Shown: positions 14,289 through 20,000 of the stretch, in pieces
Layout: the number at the start of each line of letters is the position of its first letter
Position numbering within the stretch: position 1 is the first letter of the stretch
Origin: an uncultured virus (IMG/VR IMGVR_UViG_3300031862_000640)
Taxonomy: Duplodnaviria > Heunggongvirae > Uroviricota > Caudoviricetes
Length of the DNA: 20,000 bases
Strand: one strand, 5' to 3'
Virus record (IMG/VR): IMGVR_UViG_3300031862_000640
Translations under genes and position numbers: made by a program
Notes under the pieces: generated by a model
Told to the model about the DNA's origin: nothing
The model's database searches: none
What the model saw: only the letters and a program-made list of their open reading frames with translations

Positions 14289-16418
14289 GTGGCTAAGGTC
14301 AGAAAACAGATAGACCCGAAATGGCGAGAAGCTGGACGCAAAGCTGCTGAAACAAGACGTAGAAACCTTGAACGACTACGACAAAAAACAGATGACAAGA
14401 ATAAGGAAAAGACGAAGGAAACAAGCGATAAGACAAACAACGATAAAGCGAATGGTAAGTCATACGATACGAAGGAAGTGGAAACGAAGTGGCATCTAAC
14501 CTCACAGTCAAGCCTGACGTTGAAAGTAGACTTGCCAGCACGAGAACGACTCTCAGACTTCTGCGACACGCCGTGGACTGAAAAGTACAGACCGATATGC
14601 CTTAATGACTGCATAGGCGAAGTGGTTGGATACTTCAAAGCATTCGTGAAAACAGGGTCGTTCCCGCTTGCGTGCATCCTTCACGGAGAATATGGCGAGG
14701 GAAAAACGTCGATAGTCAAAGCAGCAGTCAGAGATTACTTCGTGCTTCGCGGTCTATTCCGTCGAGACGCAACATTCTTTGACATCACACACGCCAGTAA
14801 AGTCACAAGAGAGTACAACGGCATATTCGCTCCAGCCTTGTTCATAGACACAACGGTCGTTAAGTCAGGAGCCTTCAGCGCTGAAGAAATCATAAGAACC
14901 AGAGTTCAAAACTTCATGCAGTATTCCGTTGGCAAATGGCCAAAATTCATTTGCGTTAAGCCAGACATCGTAATACTTGGGGAGAACATACCAATTTCAA
15001 AACTGGAAACGAATGATGCAGTTGTCGGGTACGGCGGCATACAAAAAGTTATTCGCCCCTTTCAAAGAGCCTACAAAGGCAACATGGTCAGAATAAAAGC
15101 AGCAGGCATGCTTCCCTTCGAAGTTACGCCAGAGCACCCAGTCCTCGCAACGTACCTCAAACTCGGCAGGTACTGTATCTCCAATGTATATTCGCCCCTC
15201 AACTGGACAAAAGCACAAGATTTAGTTCCAAAGAAATGGAGAAAAAACGGACATTACGTCGTCATTCCTCGTCTAAAGGGCGATGTGGAGATGACATCTC
15301 TTAGTCTAAAACCGTTTGCGCGTCGACAACAGCATAGAATCCGCCGAGACAGGCAATATCGCCACAGCAAAGACTTTCCACTTAACGTGAACACCGCATG
15401 GCTGTTGGGTCTCTACGTTGCTGAGGGCTCTGGAAAAAGACAAATACAGTTGACTTTGCATAGTCGTGAACAACACATTTTGACAAGAGTACGGTCTATC
15501 TCTCAAGAACTACGTTCCGTAGCAGGAGCACAGACACAAGTAATACCAAACCCACACGCAAACAGCTTTGCAATCCGCATAGGGTCAGACATATTGGCGC
15601 GAGCCTTTAGGATGTGGTGTGGCGCGGGAGCGCACAATAAGAAAATTCCAGACTTCATCGCATTCCACAAAAACATCAATATTGTGCAAGCATTCTTAGA
15701 CGGATACGTCGCTGGTGACGGCTGCATCTGTCCTGAAACATACGACAATACGAAAACTCGCATTGCTATAACCACTACATCGAAAGTTCTTGTTCAACAA
15801 CTACAATTAATGTACGCAAGACTTGGAAAACCCTCTTTCATAAGCGTAGTTCCAGCTAATCCACACGTAAGAATCCTTGACCATATGAGCAAGAGCAGTG
15901 AAGCATACCATCTATACCTACCGAACCATGAAACACGATGGAAAATAGTCAAAGTTCAGCCAAACCATCTTCTTGTTCCCATCAGAAAGATTGAGCAAAA
16001 TCCCTATGAAGGACCAGTATGCAACGTTAAAACTACAGACAATACGTACTTGGTATCTAACGCGGTGGTTCACAATTGCTTTGATGAGACGGATCGCCTT
16101 GGACATGATTGTCAAGAAGTCGTGACAAGCCTCATTGAGAAGTACCCGCGAACCCGAACCCTTTGGACGTTAAATGACCTCGACAATATCATGGATAGAA
16201 TCGTGAGTAGAGCAGCTGGTGGCGTGTTCGAAGTCAAGAAGCCTGAACCAAAACTAATTGTTCCTCGGCTCAGACATATTGCTCAGTGGGAGAAAGTGAG
16301 GATACCTGAAGAAAAGATACGCGAGATAGCAAAGACGGCGCCAAGCGTTAGAGATGCCATAGGCTTACTGCAACAGCAATGTGTTCTGATTAAGGCAACA
16401 AGAGGTCGAAGAAGATGA
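14289..16418 (+). CDS. rfcS: RFC small subunit-like clamp-loader AAA+ ATPase, intein-containing
   Basis: PWTEKYRP (RFC box II), Walker A GEYGEGKT, Walker B CFDETD after splicing, sensor-1 TLN, SRA (SRC-like), lid SVRDAIGLLQ; 334 aa after removing the intein. Confidence 0.85.
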   Translation: MAKVRKQIDPKWREAGRKAAETRRRNLERLRQKTDDKNKEKTKETSDKTNNDKANGKSYDTKEVETKWHLTSQSSLTLKVDLPARERLSDFCDTPWTEKYRPICLNDCIGEVVGYFKAFVKTGSFPLACILHGEYGEGKTSIVKAAVRDYFVLRGLFRRDATFFDITHASKVTREYNGIFAPALFIDTTVVKSGAFSAEEIIRTRVQNFMQYSVGKWPKFICVKPDIVILGENIPISKLETNDAVVGYGGIQKVIRPFQRAYKGNMVRIKAAGMLPFEVTPEHPVLATYLKLGRYCISNVYSPLNWTKAQDLVPKKWRKNGHYVVIPRLKGDVEMTSLSLKPFARRQQHRIRRDRQYRHSKDFPLNVNTAWLLGLYVAEGSGKRQIQLTLHSREQHILTRVRSISQELRSVAGAQTQVIPNPHANSFAIRIGSDILARAFRMWCGAGAHNKKIPDFIAFHKNINIVQAFLDGYVAGDGCICPETYDNTKTRIAITTTSKVLVQQLQLMYARLGKPSFISVVPANPHVRILDHMSKSSEAYHLYLPNHETRWKIVKVQPNHLLVPIRKIEQNPYEGPVCNVKTTDNTYLVSNAVVHNCFDETDRLGHDCQEVVTSLIEKYPRTRTLWTLNDLDNIMDRIVSRAAGGVFEVKKPEPKLIVPRLRHIAQWEKVRIPEEKIREIAKTAPSVRDAIGLLQQQCVLIKATRGRRR
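14952..16076 (+). mobile_element. intein with LAGLIDADG homing endonuclease, 375 aa
   Basis: N-terminal C (CVKPD), block B VTPEHP, LAGLIDADG motifs LLGLYVAEGS and FLDGYVAGDG, block F/G VCNVKT...YLVSNAVVHN, +1 Cys. Confidence 0.95.
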
Positions 16419-16717
16419 TGATGGGTAACGGAAAACCTAAACTGTGGAAATGCGAATACGATCCGCCGGGCAGCGTTATGCTAAAGATGGATGAGCTTGC
16501 CGAAGGAGAACGAGTAGACAAAATAGGAATATCCACAGAGCAGAAGTTTCGAGAATTTGCAGAAGCAAACAAGCGCCTCATGCCAGATGTTGACCTAAGC
16601 GTAGCACGTTTCAAAAAAGGCGAGTGCAGAGCGAAAGGATGCTACTGGAATCTATCGGTTCTTATAATACCGATAGCAGGCAGCGAGAATTACTACCGGG
16701 TTGCGTACTTCTCCTAA
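16415..16717 (+). CDS. hypothetical protein
   Basis: 100 aa; ATGA overlap. Confidence 0.65.
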   Translation: MMMGNGKPKLWKCEYDPPGSVMLKMDELAEGERVDKIGISTEQKFREFAEANKRLMPDVDLSVARFKKGECRAKGCYWNLSVLIIPIAGSENYYRVAYFS

Positions 16718-16730
16718 CGATGTGAGGGCT

Positions 16731-17003
16731 ATGAACAGAGCAATGTCAGCGACAGAGATAATGAAACGTATGCGGAAATACTTCAATAATTTTCAGGACA
16801 GATTTGACCGAAAACTTCTCATTGAAACATTCAGTCTGCTCAAAAGAGAATTCGGCTTTTCTGTCGAGAAACTTGTAGGCAGCCAAGTAATCCTGACAAG
16901 AATAGATGGATGCATATTGTACGACAGCGAGAGTGAAGGAGAACTCGCTGACCCCACCAAGTTTGAGCGGTTCGTTTTAAAAGAACTGCGAAGAATAATA
17001 TGA
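16731..17003 (+). CDS. hypothetical protein
   Basis: ATG 16731 after GTGAGG; fits between neighbours. Confidence 0.6.
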   Translation: MNRAMSATEIMKRMRKYFNNFQDRFDRKLLIETFSLLKREFGFSVEKLVGSQVILTRIDGCILYDSESEGELADPTKFERFVLKELRRII

Positions 17004-17014
17004 GAGGTGAAAAA

Positions 17015-17428
17015 ATGGCCGAAGAAACACTCGAGTTAAGAATCGACCTGAAAGACGCTGACTTCAAGAAGCTGGAGAAGGGCATAGCGTTGGAACTGGT
17101 AAACGGGTTCGTTGGTGGAACACCGATAAAGCTGGTAATTCAACGCGAAAAGAAGAAAGACAAGACAAAGTTGGAATGGAAAGACGGCGGCAAAGGTCGC
17201 GATGGAAAAACGCTGCGAGTCGCTAACATAGTCGAAGACAAGGACAGCGCAAAAATCTTAAGTCTTATCGGCGACCCACACGATGCCCCGAAGAACCGCG
17301 AAGACATCGTAGCAGAAGCCAAAAAACGCTGGAATATTTCTCCCAGCAAGACGGCGGAAGAACTCAGAACAATGTTTCGAGAAGGAACAATTTACGAGCC
17401 CAGAGAAGGATGGCTCAGAAAAACATAG
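17015..17428 (+). CDS. protein with C-terminal MCM-like winged-helix domain
   Basis: EDIVAEAKKRWNISPSKTAEELRTMFREGTIYEPREGWLRKT resembles the archaeal MCM C-terminal WH (L..EG.IYEP..G); GAGGTGA RBS. Confidence 0.65.
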   Translation: MAEETLELRIDLKDADFKKLEKGIALELVNGFVGGTPIKLVIQREKKKDKTKLEWKDGGKGRDGKTLRVANIVEDKDSAKILSLIGDPHDAPKNREDIVAEAKKRWNISPSKTAEELRTMFREGTIYEPREGWLRKT

Positions 17429-18429
17429 GAGGTGAAAGCACGATAGAAAATGAAACTGAAATACAAAACCTTCTTAAAATGGTGCTTGAAGCCAGGACAA
17501 AGACACAAGAGATTGAGCAAGGCGTTGAACAAGCTAGGGAAACCAACAAAGCCATCAAACAGGCAAACGATGAACGAATCCGCAAAATACAAGAGGAGAA
17601 CCGCGAACTTGATTCGCAACTAGGGACAAAGGAGATAACGCTTAACAAAGCGAAGAGTGAGATTGAGAGTCAAATCCATGAAGCAAAGGCAAAACTGCTT
17701 AGGCGAATAATCTTCTGCAACTTGAAGAACTTGCTAAAAGACCTTCAAGCTCCCAGCGTATTTGGAGAGAACGTTCTATCGACGATATACACAGGAAGAT
17801 TCGCGATTGTCTTTGATGAAATCACTGTTGGAAGTAAACCTGTCAACTGCAATGAATGGAAAGTCAGGATTAAGATACTTGAAACTAAAGGATATGGTCT
17901 AAACAGCCTTCTTGAGGATATATGGACTACATATAGAGAACTTCGCCGAAATTATGCCGAAACAACATTCCAATTCTATCAACGCGACTTCAAATCAGAG
18001 GAAGAAGCTAAAGTCTATGCTGAGAGGAACCGGGCGAAGATTTGTCAGGAGTTAATCAAAGGCATAAAACAGGTTGAATGGGAAATCGAAGGTGCAAACG
18101 ACAACATAGATGAAGTATTCGACTTTCGCTTACTAGAATCAGTTCTTGACCCACAGTATTCTCAATACGACAAATTTCAAGTTGTAGCTGGCACGGAGAA
18201 GCACAAACTTGTACTTTCACCAGTGTTAAGCAGCTATGACAGGAATGTTGAAAAGATACAACCCTACACCGTAACCGTCACGCAGCAAGGCTACCAATTA
18301 ACAATAGCAGGCCACAGATTCCCAGCACAAGCAAGCCAGATCAAATATGCCACCTGTCGATACTTCACAACGGGATTCAAGGCAATAGAAGCCGACACTC
18401 AACAGGAAATCCAGAATCCTGCATATTAA
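17410..18429 (+). CDS. hypothetical protein with N-terminal coiled coil
   Basis: 339 aa; E/K/Q-rich heptads in the first ~95 aa; start uncertain. Confidence 0.75.
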   Translation: MAQKNIGGESTIENETEIQNLLKMVLEARTKTQEIEQGVEQARETNKAIKQANDERIRKIQEENRELDSQLGTKEITLNKAKSEIESQIHEAKAKLLRRIIFCNLKNLLKDLQAPSVFGENVLSTIYTGRFAIVFDEITVGSKPVNCNEWKVRIKILETKGYGLNSLLEDIWTTYRELRRNYAETTFQFYQRDFKSEEEAKVYAERNRAKICQELIKGIKQVEWEIEGANDNIDEVFDFRLLESVLDPQYSQYDKFQVVAGTEKHKLVLSPVLSSYDRNVEKIQPYTVTVTQQGYQLTIAGHRFPAQASQIKYATCRYFTTGFKAIEADTQQEIQNPAY

Positions 18430-18465
18430 AAGCTGTTCGCAACCATTGAAGAGAGATGGGTTAAA

Positions 18466-18654
18466 GTGAAAGTTTGTACTGTTCCAACAGATAAAGCTCA
18501 AGAACTGTGTCCCGATCCACGAATATTCAATATATGCTCGCAAGCTCTCAGTTGTTGCACTTCCAACCAAGAAATGAAAGAAAAATTGGAAGAATGGAAT
18601 AAATTCTGTGAAGAAAATAAATGTCCTTATCTAAAGGAGAGAGAGGTGAGTTAA
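18466..18654 (+). CDS. small Cys-rich hypothetical protein
   Basis: 62 aa with 7 Cys. Confidence 0.55.
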   Translation: MKVCTVPTDKAQELCPDPRIFNICSQALSCCTSNQEMKEKLEEWNKFCEENKCPYLKEREVS

Positions 18655-18655
18655 A

Positions 18656-20000
18656 GTGAAAATCTTGGGAATGGAAACGGCTGTTGGCAAGAAGCCCTCT
18701 GCATTAACGCCGAGGATTTTCACAGAGTTCAATCAAATCTTTTTGGAACTCTATGGCGAGTTTGAGAAGAAGAAAGTCTATGAATATCAGACGAGCAACT
18801 ATGAAAGCAAAGGTGTTCTCAAACACGGCGATTTCACGTTAGGCAAAGTGCGAAACTGGCTGGCTTACCATCAACTCATCGTCGTTCAGAAACTTCACGA
18901 ACCTGACAAGCAAGGTAAAATGAAAACGGTTTGGCAACTTGGTCCAACCAAACTCGGCAAACAAGCATACGAGCATGGCGCGGTCATAGAGGTTGAAGCG
19001 CATCAGAAAACGCAAGTCGGCATCGGGAAGATGTATCCAGACTTTGACAAACTCTGGAAGACATGCTTGGCACAAGCGGAGAACGACGGTGTAGCAAGAA
19101 CCAGACGTGAACAATGGGAATGGCAGTTCAGAGACTTGTTTATCCTGAAACTCGCGGCAATTCAAGAAGAGGATGCGAAAGTCGAAGCGATGTCATGGGT
19201 TCGCAAACTGATAGCAGAATCGCCTAGGAAAGGACATCGAAACAAATTGAAACATATGCCGAATTACAACGCGGTTGCGCTTGAGGGCGAACACCTCTTG
19301 GGAACGCAACAGTCGCTTGTTGACTTCTGGCCTACGAAGTATAAGCCGAAGAAACCGAAGGAAACACCGTACCAAAACGGGTTGCGACGAGCCTTGGTTG
19401 AGGAATGTGAAAAAGCAACTGTCTTTGAGAGACCAAAGGAAAACACAGCGCACATAACCATAGATGCCACACTTCAAAGTCAACAGCTCGGCGGCGAGTT
19501 TATTCCATATTTCCACACGTATTATGGCATAAGCATCGTCGGCGGACTTGGTAGCATGAGCGGAGGCGGTGGCGCATTATACAACGCCAAACACATCGCC
19601 CTATCAGTCAAACATTTCATTACTGAAGCGCTGCATTATAGCGAAAACTTCGAGTCAGACCGTATAGTTACCCGTAAGAACATAAAGGTCGAATGGACAG
19701 AACGAGCAAAGACATTATGGAAACAAACCGTAGGCAAGAAGATAATACCTGAAGCAGTTTTCGGACACGCTATGAACCTTGAGTACGCTGACCAACTGCT
19801 ATTGAAGATACAGCCAAACGACACTACAAACGTGTGGAGAGGACTTGAAAACTACAACGTGCAGAACTATGAAATTGAAGACTGCCTCGGCAGTATGCGA
19901 CATGGAGAAGCGCTGGACTATTGTATCTGGCTCTACGAAAAGGCAGGTAAGAAACGAAAGGAAATCATCAGCATCCTCGAAAAGAGCCGACAATTTGGTT
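18656..20000 (+). CDS. large hypothetical protein (partial, at least 448 aa) with internal PIP-box-like motif
   Basis: GTG 18656 after GAGGTGA; I translated the frame without a stop to the window end (absent from the ORF track); QQSLVDFW at 19307-19330. Confidence 0.8.
   Translation, partial: MKILGMETAVGKKPSALTPRIFTEFNQIFLELYGEFEKKKVYEYQTSNYESKGVLKHGDFTLGKVRNWLAYHQLIVVQKLHEPDKQGKMKTVWQLGPTKLGKQAYEHGAVIEVEAHQKTQVGIGKMYPDFDKLWKTCLAQAENDGVARTRREQWEWQFRDLFILKLAAIQEEDAKVEAMSWVRKLIAESPRKGHRNKLKHMPNYNAVALEGEHLLGTQQSLVDFWPTKYKPKKPKETPYQNGLRRALVEECEKATVFERPKENTAHITIDATLQSQQLGGEFIPYFHTYYGISIVGGLGSMSGGGGALYNAKHIALSVKHFITEALHYSENFESDRIVTRKNIKVEWTERAKTLWKQTVGKKIIPEAVFGHAMNLEYADQLLLKIQPNDTTNVWRGLENYNVQNYEIEDCLGSMRHGEALDYCIWLYEKAGKKRKEIISILEKSRQFG

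Noticed and set aside
219..19993. Minus-strand ORFs (e.g. 6438-7130, 8953-9666, 14174-14677)
   Set aside because: They are antisense shadows of coupled + strand genes, rich in Phe/Ser/Leu, with no recognisable motifs
1..20000. CRISPR array, rRNA/tRNA, transposase, integrase or virion structural genes
   Set aside because: No regularly spaced repeats or diagnostic motifs seen, so virus versus plasmid cannot be decided from this window

Overview
Gene-dense, almost entirely + strand run of short, abutting or overlapping ORFs with archaeal-style signals (GGAGGTGA Shine-Dalgarno sites, a TTTATATA box). It most likely comes from the early/replication region of an archaeal virus or large extrachromosomal element; a TACK/Bathyarchaeia-like host is my inference. 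Recognisable genes: a minimal ATP-dependent DNA ligase, a PD-(D/E)XK-type nuclease next to a duplicated ligase 3' end, a winged-helix regulator with an operator-flanked TATA box, DUF2061-, DUF932- and DUF4314-like proteins, an Sm-like protein, an RFC/clamp-loader AAA+ ATPase with a 375-aa LAGLIDADG intein just before Walker B, and a small protein ending in an MCM C-terminal-like winged helix. The most notable non-coding signal is a minimal HDV-like (theta-type) self-cleaving ribozyme at 6394-6448. It follows a ~100-nt structured RNA of unknown type rather than a tRNA. An 84-bp fragment of a cellular phosphohexomutase gene (glmM/PMM) is embedded at 4513-4596. All family calls are from motif recognition by eye; no searches were run.
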